From: Glaucostegus cemiculus
Taxonomy: Eukaryota
Assembly (NCBI GenBank): GCA_976551045.1
Contig: CDPCPM010000479.1
Coordinates: 124,001-188,000 of the forward strand
Reading direction: 5' to 3'
DNA: 64,000 nt
The notes under the pieces: generated by a model
What the model saw: the letters and a program-made list of their open reading frames with translations, nothing else
The model's database searches: none
What the model was told of the DNA's origin: nothing
Shown: positions 37,350-49,920 of the stretch, piece by piece
Layout of the letters: every line of letters starts with the position of its first letter
How positions within the stretch are numbered: position 1 is the stretch's first letter
Position numbers and translations under genes: made by a program

Positions 37350-38285
37350 CACAGTAAATGGCATGGCCCTGGAGAGAGTAGTGAAACAGAGAGACCTGGG
37401 GGTACAAGTACATAGTTCCCTGAAAGTGTCGACACAGGTGGAAAGGGTGGTGAAGAAGGGATCTGGCATGCTTGCCTTTATCAGCCAAAGCATTGTGTAC
37501 AAGAGTTGGGACGTCATGTTACAGCTATATAAGGTGTTGTTGAGACTGCACTTAAGAGTATTGTGTGCATTTCTGGTCACCTAGCTATGGGAAGGATGTC
37601 ATTAAGCTGGAAAGGGTGCAGAAAAGATTCACAAGGATGTTACCAGGGTTGAAGGGCTTGAGTTATAAGAAGACATTGGATAGACTGGGGACTTTTTTCC
37701 CTGGAGCATATGTGTATGAGGGGTGACCCTGTAGAGGTATGAAAATCATGATGGCCACAGATAAGGTGAATACTCACAGTCTTTTTCCCAGGGTAGGGGA
37801 TTCTAAGACTAGAGAGCATAGATTTAAGGCACAATAGCGTAGCGGTTAGTGCGAGGCTGTTACAGCGCCAGCGATCGGGGTTCGATTCCCGTCGCTGTCT
37901 GTAAGGAGTTTGTACGTTCTCCCGTGTCTGCGTGGGTTTCCTCCGGGTGCTCCGGTTTCCTCCCACATTCTGAGAAGACGTACGAGTAGGTTAATTTGGG
38001 GGTTGAAAATGGGTGGCGCGGGCCAAAAGGGTCTGTTACCGCACTGTAAAAATAAATAAATAAATAAGGTGAGAGGGGAAAGGTTTAAAGGGGAAATGAG
38101 GGGCAACTTTTTCACAAAGAAGGTGGTGTGTATATGGAATGAGCTGCCAGAGGAAGTGGTAATGATGGGTAAAATTATAGCACTTAAAAGACATTTAGAC
38201 AGGTACATGGATAGGAAAGGTTTAAAGGGATATGGGCCAAATGCTGGCAAATGGGACTAACTCAAGTAGTCAACTTGATTGGCGC
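37350..38285 (+). mobile_element. CR1 (HER1-like) LINE 3' fragment
   Basis: QRDLGVQVHSSLKVSTQVERVVKKGSGMLAFISQSIVYKSWDVMLQLYK... and ...RGNFFTKKVVCIWNELPEEVV...LDRYMDRKGLKGYGPNAGKWD*. Interrupted by a SINE. Confidence 0.88.
37830..38064 (+). mobile_element. Young tRNA-derived V-SINE inserted in CR1
   Basis: A-box TAGCGTAGCGG, B-box GGTTCGATTCC, V-domain and (taaa)n tail, with CpGs retained. TSD TAAGG (37825-37829 / 38065-38069). Confidence 0.9.
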
Positions 38286-38412
38286 ACTATTTATTTATTC
38301 TTGTAACTTCCAGTAATTTTTATGTCTTGCGCTGTACTGCTGCCACAAAACAACAAATTTCATGACATATGTCAGTGATAGCAAACCTGATTCTGATTTT
38401 GATTCTGATTCA
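38285..38412 (+). mobile_element. Rex1/Babar-type 3' UTR fragment
   Basis: gcactatttattt...ctgtactgctgccacaaaacaacaaatttcatgacatatgtcagtgat...(gattct)n matches 63620-63735. Confidence 0.75.
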
Positions 38413-38719
38413 GTAAAATATAGATTTAGGAATTGCTCCTTGCCGTTCCTATGGTGTTAAAACAGCATTGTGAGTTCCCCCGTTATTATTACTGGAAGTC
38501 TAACAAAGAGCCAGGGATTTGTGGGATTCTCATAACAGCATTGCCATGTTTCCTGGGGTAAAGTTGCACTGAATCTGATACAGTGAATTTCAGTGTGGCA
38601 TTTTTTATTGATGCATTGCAAGTTCTCACTTTTGTTGGCACATGGCCCAGGAGGTGCAATCTTTGCTGACAACTCAGAAGGATACACTAATAAAAGTACA
38701 GACTTTCCACGTCTGAATG

Positions 38720-38990
38720 AATGGATGCTGCAGTGGGAGGAGGAGAGTGGGAGAGTGCCTCCCAGGGGTCAGAGGGCACAGACAGGCTAGCGAAGAACAA
38801 TGTCCACAGGACGCATAATCTTTGTACAAAGGGGCTAAGGAAACTATCCAGAGCAAAAGCCATTCACTCCTGGCAGAAAGTCACCAGAGACACTTCTGTA
38901 AAGACATGGCAACAGTATTCCTGCACTTTGGGAAAGCCTACAATGCAAACAAATGTGTGTGCCTGCTTCCATGAGTTGAGGGAAAAGTAG
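38720..38990 (+). mobile_element. Possible decayed PIF/Harbinger Myb/SANT-like ORF
   Basis: VHRTHNLCTKGLRKLSRAKAIHSWQKVTRDTSVKTWQQY loosely follows the V..R...L...G.R..S......W..V......RTW.QC pattern and parallels the relic at 60330-60514. Confidence 0.35.
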
Positions 38991-41784
38991 ATAAAGTATT
39001 TTCTCCTTGAGTGTGGAGCTCAGGTGACATCCATAATGCGGCAGTGAACATGAAAATCTGAGACAAGGCAGGAATCAGCAGCAGCTGTCTGGAGTGATCC
39101 TGAGGCCAGGAGATTGGTCCTGACCCTGATGAGCAAAGCAATCAAGGCACCATATGAAGTTGTATTTTAGGTCATAGGAGGTTACTGATGTGAGTGAGAA
39201 CAAAGGACGCAGTTTGACCCTTTGGACAGCATCGTTTCAGGAGAAACATGGTTAATAAAACTTAGTTGTTCTATAAGTAAATAAAAACTGTCATTTTTCA
39301 GATCAGTGAGGTGGAAAATCTCACTGCACATGGATTTTGCTTGTTATACTATGACTGACATTGTTTAGGAGTGACTTATGCCAGAAGAAAAAATGCTAGG
39401 GAAAACAAAAGTCTTGCTGAGAAATAATTTCTTGGTGGGTGCTAAAGTACATAGATATTTGTGAAAAATTGATCGAATTTGGTTTAAGCTGATTTTCAAC
39501 AGCAAAGCACCTTTATTTTGGACATGCAAACACATTTCTAGCCCTATTTTAAAACAGTCAATACAACTTTTTTTTTCTCTCATGTATGGCAGTATATTAG
39601 TTAGCTCCAAGATATTTGAAAATGCGCTAACTTGTCAAAAATATACATTTTCCAAAACCTTCCAGGTAAATACAATCTGTCCCTTTACAGCTTGCATCTC
39701 CTTAAAGTCAACATCTATCATTAATGTAATAAATTGAATATTCATATACCTCAAGGTTAAATTTTGGTAAGACATTCACCTGGACTTTTAATTAGTTCTT
39801 TGGACATGTAAATCTGAACCCCAGGTTTTCAACCAGATTTGTGAAACTGATGATCAGTTTTTGGTAATATTCAACAGTAGCTTGTATATAAATAAATGAT
39901 TGTTAGCATGGGAAATGAGAGTCCTGGGTATGTCAATATGGGTGAAGTTTAAACTTCTACATTTTAAATTTTAACCCAATGTCATGTATGCTTTTATTTG
40001 TACAGATTCTGACTGATAGTTACGATTTGTGGTTGTTGTGAGTAGAGGTTGCTTGGAGGAATGTGGGAACACTGTGATGGGGAAGCTCAAAGGTGATCAC
40101 GAGGGGGATCAGAGAGATAAGAAGGGAAGCTAGAATCTATTAAGGGTCAAGGAAGGGCAGATCAGGAAAGGGTGCTGCAGAAGGAGATCAGAGGATTTTT
40201 GGAGTTCAGGGACAGAGATGGGGAAATCAGGTTAGTGTTGAGCTCAGGGAGGGATTGAGGTGGCAATCTTAAGGGCGGTCAGTGCTGGTGGGGGGTTGGG
40301 GATTGTGGAGACTGGTTGTGGAGGCTCAATGTTTTCAGGACAGTCACCAGTAGAGGGTTGGTGCTCATAGAGCTGGGTGGTCATGGAGCTGGTAGATTAG
40401 CAGATTAGTTTGGTCAAGGTGAGGGAATCACTCCAGCTCCTTTGTTCCATAATCAGGACACTTTAATGTCATTTTACCTTTTAGACAACATGGGTCATAA
40501 GTAGCAATCCAGCTAAACTATAGTCATCACCTCCTTAAGTGTTTCAACAATTTATCCATCTTCTGGCAGCAGATTGGCTGCCAGACCTTAACCTGCTTCT
40601 TATAATTTTAACTTCCCACTTGGCACAAACTCACTCATGTCCAGGGCTAAACTTACCATCAGATAGTTACAAAAATTAAGTGAGGTATGAATAAGTGACA
40701 AGAGACCAATAGATCTTTAAAAACAATTGGATTATACACCTTCAAAATCTAGCAAAAATACAAAGTTACAAAATAAGCAGAGTGAATAAGCAAGCTCAGA
40801 TTTGAAATCAAAAGCTCAGAATTAGAGAGCCCAAATATATGATTAAAACTTTTCCTATGTGTGAAATCACAATAGTAGGTATGGTTTCTGAATAATAAAG
40901 AATACCTGTCTAGAATGAGCCCTATGGTAGCAGGAATGGATAAAATCCAGCTGAGGCAATGTGAAAATTGAAATGAACAGTGGCCAAAATGCTGCTGGCA
41001 ATACTGACATTAGCATGTTAATATGAAATTCCACTGTTCATTGTTTTAACACAAGCAATAATCCATTTAAAAATATGAGAAATTAAAATCCATTATTTAA
41101 ATGTAATCTGGTCCCTTACCACCATTTACAAGGCGGCCACGACTCAGGTGGTCAGCATTCCTGCCAGCAACAGCCAAGAGCCTTGTGCATATATTTAAAT
41201 AGAGGTCCCATCAAATACTTAGAACTTGGATGGAATTCTGTGCGTTTACTGGGCAAGGACCTGCTACACAAATTCTGCCTCATGGAATTGAGTACAGCAG
41301 CCAAAAATCGTTATGTGCTTGTAAAAATACATTATATGGCCATTCCATGTTGTGTGAAGGAAGTTGTAACAGCTGGGGCTAGGGACAGGAATGGGAGAAG
41401 GAATAGGGAGTTGGGGATGTAGAGGGCAGAGAGGAATAAGAGGCCCAATCAGAGCCTTGGAGGCTGCGGATGCAACAATGCAGGCCTGGTAAGGGCAAGA
41501 GATTTAGTTGGCCAGAGATCAGCAATTTAAGAGTGTTGGGTGGAGACTGAGGCCTTTATCAGGGATTTTAGGGTGTCCATGCTGATTTGGGAATGGGAAG
41601 TTAGGTGACTGAAACCAGGGGGCGATCAGATAGTTTGGGCAATTGTGAAAGGTGACATTGCTGGGCGGTGGGGAGGATGGGCAGTGCAGTGGTTGGTAGT
41701 GTATTGGGGGGGCAGTGGAACTAAAGGATAAAAGGTATGCCATGGGGTTTAGCAGGGTCACAGATCAGCTTTGACAATACAAAT

Positions 41785-42095
41785 GCCACAGTAGTGCGAT
41801 AGCTTGTGTTCCCGTAATCTGGGTTCAAGCCTAGCGTTTGGTGCTGTCCGTGTGGAGTTTGCATGTTCTCTCTGTGAATCGGTTTCCTCTGGGTAGTCCA
41901 GTTTCCTCATACATTCCAAAAATCTGCTGTCTGGTCAGGTTAATTGGGAAGGGTGGTAGGAGAATTGGGGATGGGGAGTTGATGGACATGTGAGAGGGAA
42001 AATGTTAGAGGGAAATAAGTGGGGGAATGGGATTGATAGGGTTCATCTGAGAGCTAGCATAGACTCAATGAGCTGAATGGCCTCCTGCTATGCCA
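41785..42095 (+). mobile_element. Degraded V-SINE
   Basis: gggttcaagcc B-box, gctgtccgtgtggagtttgcatgttctc...gtttcctcatacattccaaa, and tail gctgaatggcctcct. Confidence 0.75.
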
Positions 42096-42289
42096 TGGAA
42101 TGTTCTGGCAGGGAGTAAAGAGTCCTTTCTTGGAACAATATGGATTTTCATCGATGGCTTTTCATCGTTTGTTTTTTGAGTTGTGTGATGTTCCACATTA
42201 ATGAGGGCACATAATTAACATCAAGGAAGGAAAAAATAGACCATGAACAATTATTAATTGAAATAGGGATATATTTTTCAATGACTTAC

Positions 42290-42509
42290 CGTGTGGGTAT
42301 TCCATAAGTTATATCAGGAAGCGCGCTGTCTTTCTTTTCTGCTTTATTTGCTATAGTTCCAATGTCATGTGTTGCCCTAAACTGGTAGATCTCTCGTGGA
42401 GTAACCAATCCAGCTTTAATTGCTGCTTTATTTAGTGCAGCAAAGTTACGCTTCAGTTTTTGCAGCTTTGCTTGGGCTTTGGGTTGGATACTACGCCAAT
42501 GACCAATAG
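42290..42509 (-). CDS. CFAP77: CFAP77 internal coding exon (220 bp; probable exon 3)
   Basis: Acceptor tctttttacactctctcag|CT ATT GGT CAT TGG and donor ACA CG|gtaagt. Translation (A)IGHWRSIQPKAQAKLQKLKRNFAALNKAAIKAGLVTPREIYQFRATHDI...LPDITYGIPTR matches the CFAP77 motifs AIGRW, [20 protein letters not shown] and LPPNMTFGIRAR. The G from the previous exon plus CT gives Ala in frame. Confidence 0.95.
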
Positions 42510-43689
42510 CTGAGAGAGTGTAAAAAGACATTGAACACTTATCTTAAGATCTTTATATGTACTAAATCATAGATTTTCTTTCCTGACCTGTCATTAACTG
42601 AATGAATTGATACCATTCCCAATTACAACATTCTTGCTTTGTTCATTTTTTCCCCTCTATTTGTCACTTCTTTCATTCTTCAGTGTTCTGCAACCAAATG
42701 AAATGTCACGTCACTCCAAAAATTCAACCAGGTGCTTCTTAATGTGAGTCATGCTTGCACTCCCGACCTGATTTCCATGCCAAAGGCACACAGAATGATG
42801 TGTGCAATGCACTGCAGGAGAACTTGAATTAGGTGGCATACGACCACCCATCATCAGGCATCCGCAGGACAAAACAGTCTTTCCAGCACAGCACAGATTA
42901 CTCACCTTTATCCTTCAGCTCCCACTTCTACACTGCGCCATTTGCTGCAGAACCACATTCTGATCTCCAGTCCACTCCCTGATTCTTTGATTGCTGCATT
43001 TAAACTACAATCCCCATTCTGATAATGCTGACTCCTGGCACTGCCTCTGTAATCCAAGCCCCAATTTCCCTGCCTAATGCCAATCCACAATCCACTCTGT
43101 AAAGCTACCTTCAATCTCCCACTGCAATGCTGATTCCCCAATTCCCTTCTTAAAGCCAGACCCTGACCCCTCTCATAAAAGAATTCCCTCTTCTGAAAGG
43201 CTAACTCTTGATTTCACTTCCTAATGTTGATTCTTAGTCTCCCTCCATAATGTCCGTTGCTCTTTGTGATGCTGTTCTCTGATTCTGCTCGGTAATGCCG
43301 ATTCCCAATACAGCATCCCTTCGCAACTGCTGATCCTGATTCATCCTTCAACTCCACTGTATGACATTCTGAAAATGTCCAAAGCCTGGTCATTATGCCC
43401 AAAGCCTTGAGTACGATGAAGATTCAGAAGTCAATCCATAGAGCAAAAAAATGGGCCTAATGTCCATTGTGTAAAGTATAGGACTAATGAGCCTTGGCCA
43501 TTCTACGGAGGGTCAACCCCAGCCCATGAATGAAGACTGCCAGTTTCTGGAGCGCTGAACTAGAGATGTTAGAGAGAAATCAGATTCAAGCAAATGTTCA
43601 TTTTGTGAAATACACAGTAGACAGTACTTTGAATAATAGATGTTTAAGCTGAATTGTTCTTTTCAATGCTCTGACACCTACTTTTTTGT

Positions 43690-45155
43690 CTTCAGAGAAC
43701 AGGGGGATTATATAATCATGGGCATGAAGGAGGAAGATTGTGCAATGGAAAAGATTAACAGAGAGAGAGAGAATATACTAAAGGTTCGATCATCTTTAAA
43801 AGTCGACAGATTGCCAGGCCATGACAAAATGTATGCCAGACTCTTAAAAGAAGAAAGAGCAGGAACACCATGAGCTATAGTTACAATTTTCCAATGCTCT
43901 TTCCCTACAGGCATGGTACTGGAGGTCTGGGGCTCTGGCTGTTGTGGTACATTTGTTTAAAAATGGTGAAGAGCGATAGACTAAATTACAGGCCACCATC
44001 TGACAATGGTGGTGAGCAAACTGCTAGGAAAATAATTATGAAAGGTGGCATAAATCAGCACTTAAAGAGGTAAAGGTTAATAAATGATAGTCGGCATGCG
44101 CTTGCTAAGGGCAGATTATGCCTGACTAACATAAATGAATATTTGAGCAGATAGCAAAGAATGTCAAAGTGTGTGGCAAATTTGATGTAGCATACGGACT
44201 TTAGCAAGGCACTTGACAGTCTTACATGATAAGTTGATCGAGAAAATAAAGGCTCATAGAATGCAAAGGAAAGCAGCAAGTGGGATTAACAAATGTCTCA
44301 ATAGCAGAAAGCAAAAGACAATGGTCAAGAGGAATTTTGCTTACAAGAGGGTATGCAATGGCGTTCTGTGGGATTCATCATTAGGTTTGTTGTCTTTTGT
44401 GGCATGAATAAATGATATAGGCAAGTGTAGGGGTGCCAAGAAAAGAGATTACTTTGCTGAGTATATGAAAGTGTGGTTAATAGTGAGTAGTAGACAAGTA
44501 CTATGTTACAGGAGGATATTGATGGACTGGTGAAGCAAGTATGAAAGTGGCAACTAAAAAACAACAGGAAAAGTGTGAGGTAATGCATTTGAAGAAGGCA
44601 AACAAAGGAACACACAACACATGAAAATTTAAAAAAAAATGCAGATGCTGAAAATCTGAAATAAAAACAGAAAATGCCAGAAATACACAGCAGGTCAGGC
44701 AACATGTGTGGAAAGAGAAACAGGAGTTCACATTATAGTTGTCAGAAGAGACAGGCTGGCTAGGGTTCTAATCTTTATAACAAATGAGACTGGGGAGATT
44801 TAATTGAACTGTATAAAATGATGAGAGGCCTTGACATGATAAGTTGTAAGGATCTATTTCCCCTCCCAGAAGGGTCAATAATCAGGGGTAGTAAGATAAG
44901 AAGTGCATTGAGAAAAAATTATTTCACTCAATGAGTTGTGGCAATTTGATACTCACTACCTGGAAGCCTGACAGAGAAAAAAAAAACTCTCACCAGATTT
45001 AAAAAGCATCTGGATGAGCATTTGAACAGCATTACATTCAGGGCTATGGACCAAAAGCTGGGAAATGGGATTAATCTCAAAATCCATTTTTGGCTTACAT
45101 GGACACAATGCTCTGAATGGCTGCTTTCAATTTGGTAATTTTCTATAATTCTATG
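43690..45155 (+). mobile_element. Degraded CR1 LINE ORF2 (RT region to 3' end), with a pLTR fragment inserted at ~44630-44735
   Basis: LKVDRLPGHDKMYARLLKE, NYRP and DFSKALD (cf. DFSKAFD) motifs, ending in the tail ttctataattctatga. Frameshifted. Confidence 0.78.
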
Positions 45156-45217
45156 ATGATACTAAAATTAGCAATAAGTCTTTTGTAGCATAAAACTCAA
45201 AAACTGTGTCTCATTAC

Positions 45218-45317
45218 CTGCAGGAACTCCGCCATCAAAGACTCTGTTGTATGCCCCGTACACATAATTCGGTCCCGGTAGCGTAATACCATTTCTTTTT
45301 GGCTTGCCAAGTTCTGA
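45218..45317 (-). CDS. CFAP77: CFAP77 internal coding exon (100 bp; probable exon 2)
   Basis: Minus strand reads ttgtctgttttag|TCAGAACTTGGC...GGAGTTCCTGCAG|gtaatg with canonical AG/GT. It translates SELGKPKRNGITLPGPNYVYGAYNRVFDGGVPA, matching the recalled CFAP77 segment AELGKPR..YSLPG..F.YG.Y.RG.DGGVPEA. It starts in phase 0 and ends in phase 1, compatible with the next exon. Confidence 0.92.
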
Positions 45318-45819
45318 CTAAAACAGACAATAAATAGCATTATCCAGTTAATAAAAAATTCCTTGAAGTCTGCATTTTATCACTCTAGTTTTCAAATATA
45401 AAAGCTGTGAAATAGGGATATAGCCTCCTGGAGAACACAAAGCTTCAACCTAGACTAAGTGGCCGCCTTGCCTTTTCTAAAGTCTTGATTGAATAATATT
45501 TACCTGGAGCCACATTGTTTATAGTTCACCAAAAAGTTAAGTGAATTGATTTAACTTTGTGAACATAAATGAGTTTATTCCATTTATAATAGCATTAAAT
45601 CCCACACCAGCCCTACTGAAGCTGAGTGACTGAAGTAACTTATTATGCATCTCCTGGGACACTGAGTTATGTGGTGACTTTTTTTGTCAGTGCAAGAGAT
45701 ATTGATATGGTTCCAATTTGTCGTGTGATTTGTTCTGCTTGGTTAATATGATAGTATTATCTCCTCCACAGCCATGCTATGCATCGTGTGTGCATATCTG
45801 AAATAGGCAGATGCTTCAG

Positions 45820-47180
45820 TCACACACAAAATGCTGGAGGAGTTCAGTAAGTCAGGCAGCATCTGTGGAGGAAAATGTCAACGTCTCGGGTCGAGACCCT
45901 TCATCTGGACTGAAAGATAGAGGGAAGATAGCCGGTATAAAATGGTAGAGGGAAGGGGTGGAGCAAGAGCTGGCAGGTAATTGGTGGATCCAGGTGAGCA
46001 GGGGGTGTTGATAGGTAGATGAGGGAGAGGAGAGTGAGAATGCTGCCAGAAGCTGGGACAAGATAGGAGGAAGAGAGGAAGGGCTGAAGATGATGCAAGC
46101 TAATAGGAGAGGAAGATGGAGCATGGAATGGAGGGAGGGAGGTGTTGTGGGGCTAGAGGGAAGTAGTAGGGGAGGGGGAACCAGTTGGAGGAGTGCGAGG
46201 GAGGATGGCAGATGGAAAGGATGGAGGGGGGGGGAAGAGGCATGCAGATGAGGGCCTGGTAGATCAGGAGGGGAGAGGAAAGGGACAGAGAGGGAGCAGC
46301 TGGAGAGTTTTCGTACCGCCAGGTTGTCGGTTGCCCAGGCGGAATATGAGGTGCTGTTCCTCTAGTTTGCATTTAGTCTCAACTTGGCACCCGAGAAGGA
46401 CTGAGGTCAGACATGTCAGTGTGGGAATAGGAGGGAGAATTAAAGTGGCTGGCAACCAGGAGATCCAGACGGCCACGGCGGACAAAGCGAAGGTGCTCAG
46501 TGAAGTGATCGCCTCATCCGCGCCCAGTCTCACCGATGTAGAGGAGGCTGCAACAGGAGCAACGGAAGCGATAAATAACGCCGGGCGATTTGCATGTGAA
46601 AGAGAGCCTCACCTGGAAAGGCTGCTTCGAGCCCTGGATGGTGGTGAGAGGAGAGGTGTAGGGGCGGGTGTTATACCTCTTTCAGTTACAGGGGAGAGTG
46701 TTTGCGGAGGGAGGGGACCGGTGGGGAGGGATGAGTGGACCAGGGAGTGATCCCTGAGAAAAGCAGAAAGGGGAGTAGAGGGGAAGATGTTGGCTAGTGG
46801 TGGAATCTCGTTGTAGATGGTGGAAGTTGCGTAGAGTGATATGCTGGATGCGTAGGCTGATGGGATGGCAGGTGAGGACCGGGGAACTCTATCCCTGTTT
46901 TTCCTGCCGGGGGCTGGGGTAAGGGCAGAAGTGTGGGAAATAGAGATGTGGGTGAGGGCTCCATAAACAACATTGGAGGGGGGGGGAAATCCCTGTTTCC
47001 TGAACAAGGAGGGCATCTCAGATGTTCTGGAGTGGAAGGCCTCATCCTGAGAACAGATGCAGCGGGACAGAGAAACTGAGAAGCAGGAAAGGTGTCCTTG
47101 CAACTGATAGAGTGGGAGGGGGTGTAACGAAGGTAGCTGTGGGAGTCAGTGGGTTTGTAGTAGATGTCAGTGGTAAATTT
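45820..47180 (-). mobile_element. 5'-truncated Penelope-like retroelement (RT C-terminus, GIY-YIG, pLTR)
   Basis: Minus-strand peptides FTTDIYYKPTDSHSYLRYTPSH..SCKDTFP.SQFL, RCICSQDEAFHSRTSEM..F..QGFP and KCKLEEQHLIFRLG..QP.G. pLTR at ~45820-45920. Frameshifted and GC-rich relative to flanks. Confidence 0.88.
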
Positions 47181-49544
47181 CATTGTGCTAATTTTGGAAA
47201 TTGCACTGCTAGCATACTGAAAAGCTAGCACAGCCTCATTAAGTATTTGAATGATTTGCGGAGTGAAGTTCATAGTAAATATTCAGTGTTAGATTTACTA
47301 TACCTTTAATACTAAATGTCCTATGAAAACATAATCTACAGGTAGAGAAAGCAATTTCAAGAACAAGTAGATATTTTTATGATGGTATTTTGCATAAAGG
47401 GCAGGTTTATATGTGAGCTTTCAATGGATTGCAATCAACACATTTTACAGATCTTGGTAAAGTTTCCTTACTAATATACATGAAAATAGAAACTCTTAAA
47501 ACATTATTGGCCAGTGCGTCATTAAATCTGCATTCCTGCTATCAGTAACTGTAAAGAAAGTACACCATTTTATTACAAGACCGTTAGATTTTGTAGAATC
47601 TAGTATCTCAAAGCTTAAATGTACATTATTTTAATATTATGCTCTTTATGAATATAAAAATACTTTTGAAAGTCTATTGGAGTTCGGATTGCAGTCTGTG
47701 GGTGCATGGGCATAATAGTGGATCATTAGTGCACCCCTATGCTATTGTCAAGGAATTGCACAAGGAAATCATTGCATGAAAGAAACTACTTACAAGTTTC
47801 AATCCCAATTATATAAACTATTTTCTGAAGCTATTCAATTTTATAATTCATTTTTAGACAGAGTTAATCTTTGATCAATGACTAGTTAATTAATTTTAAT
47901 AAAAACAAAAAAATAGACTAATAAATCAAAACATTTATACAACCAATGCATTGAATTATCATTATTCACTAGCTGTTGTAGCAAGAGAATAGCTATGTCC
48001 CTTCAAATACTGAGACATAGTTTGTAATATCAAAAGTTTCCCAAATATGCTAACTTAATATCTTCATTTTCAATTATTCCTAAAAATATTCCCTTCTCAG
48101 TTGATTTGTATGGCTGATGATAACTTGCTAATTATTTTACCTAACATTGTACACAGTTTTCCTTTACAATGTTGTAGCAGTAACCGATGCCAGAAGGTAA
48201 TTCATGATGCTTAGAGAAATATCAGTGAATTTCAGAATCAAATTTAGTATATACTTGTATTCATGTTTACTTATAATACTAAGGGATTGATTCACTTTAA
48301 TCAATGACAGCTCAGAGATTATAACATGTAGCCTTTGGACAGTGAGACAAGTTACTGCTGTTGTACAGAACTGCTGAATCAAGGAAACAAAGATCATCCT
48401 TTTTATTTAGTTTTAAAATGAATTCCCTCTGTGAACATTTTGGCTTTTCAGTATTTGAGGGATTAACTGACCTCCCGACTGCATCTATATTTCTTTAACC
48501 TGTCTCCATGGTGAAGTCATTCTGGGAATAAAGTTGCCAGAAGAAAAAGAGCCGATTGGATGTTCTTGCAGCCAATACTGCTAGTGTTCATTTGCATATC
48601 ATCTGATCTGGGTGCTCTGAAGAGCTGAGGAATGCCTAAAAGTGGAGGTTGTTCTTTTTTCATTTGAACAAAACAAGTCTCATTATCTCTCCTGTGAAAA
48701 TCTGGCCAAGAGTGCTCTTTGGAGAAGAACCCTGACAAAATACATAACAACAATGCAGCAAATCTCCACTTAACGCTTGAGTGCCAAGGTACTATTTCTG
48801 GCAATACATTTCAAAATAGTGAAGGATTAGAGTTTTCTGCTTCTTGTGTAAAGCAGCACTCTTTTAACTCAGTGATTCTATGGGAAATAGACTTAGGATA
48901 TGAAAGTGATGCTAACCATCCTTTCATTTCTCTTAAGTTGTCTAAACCCAACCTTAGCAAATAATAGTTTTGTCTCTTATCGTCCAAGCTTAATGTGATT
49001 TGTCTGAATTAACCTGCAATTCATTCAATAATCATCCAAATGCAACCTCCTCATACTTAGCTTCCCTACTCTTGTTTCCACAGATTCCTGTTTAAAAACC
49101 GATCTAATCTCCTCTGATCTAAACTGTAAATGCCACACACTACAAATGTAATTTTAATGGAGGGACTCTGGGTGGGCAACTTATGATGTAGAAGAGAGAA
49201 ACTGATCGCAACTTGATTTGAAATTAGATAAAACATCAACACTACATGCAATAGCTTCTGGTCTCCAGCAGGCTGATATCTTTTTTGCTGGGGTCCCTTG
49301 CCAGGTCCTGCACTAGTGACCTGTGAGCAGATTAGGGCAAAGGGTAACATTGCAATACACCAAACATCCCTTAGGGGGCAACTGGGAAAATGGATGTAAC
49401 CACTTGAAGGAAATAGTCTCATGGGGCAGAAAAGTGCTTTGTGGTCTTGTAATTCCTTTTTCAATGTCTTTTTTTTAAGGCTTGCCTTGAGCACAAGAAA
49501 TGATGAAAAGCTCAGCAGGTGGCAATGAACTGGTTCTCATGTTC

Positions 49545-49920
49545 CTGAATCAGTTGATTCTGGCTTTGACCCCTAGTCCAGACACGTGAGTGTAAAATCT
49601 AGGCTGACAATTCAGTGCAGTAATGGCGGCAGTTTGTCAGAGGAGCCAGTGTGAGGAGGCAGCATTAAAACTGAGGTCTCATCTACTTTTCAGATAGATG
49701 TAACAGAATTTTGATTATGAACATGGCATAATTTTGATGAAGAGAAGTATAGTTCATCCTGTGGTTTGGTCAATGTTTAATTTGCGATTGATACTACTAA
49801 GATTATCTTATTGCTATCACATTGCTGTCTGTGGAATCTTGTGTGCAAACATATCTTTCCTTTCAGTACAACACTGACCACACTTCAAAAAGTCATCATT
49901 AACTGTAAAACACTTTGGGC
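49545..49920 (+). mobile_element. Deu-domain SINE (SacSINE/AmnSINE-like) remnant
   Basis: aatctaggctgacaattcagtgcagt head and Deu-like core atcacattgctgtctgtggaatcttg...acaacactgaccacacttcaaaaagt...ctgtaaaacactttggg. Confidence 0.65.

Noticed and set aside
37830-37900. tRNA gene (A and B boxes)
   Set aside because: It continues into a V-domain and (taaa)n tail with a TSD, so it is a SINE head. The same applies to 30390-30457 and 4187-4260.
42510-42531. ATG start of the 81-aa ORF
   Set aside because: MSFYTLS is the intron's polypyrimidine tract and acceptor; homology begins at the splice site 42509.
46193-47273. Long ORFs (185, 164 and 159 aa) as host genes
   Set aside because: They are antisense or frameshifted readings of the GC-rich Penelope remnant.
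49066-49494. 142-aa minus-strand ORF as CFAP77 exon 1
   Set aside because: Lacks the expected N-terminal CFAP77 motif (R.G..RDSM..NPL..K) and a suitable donor site.
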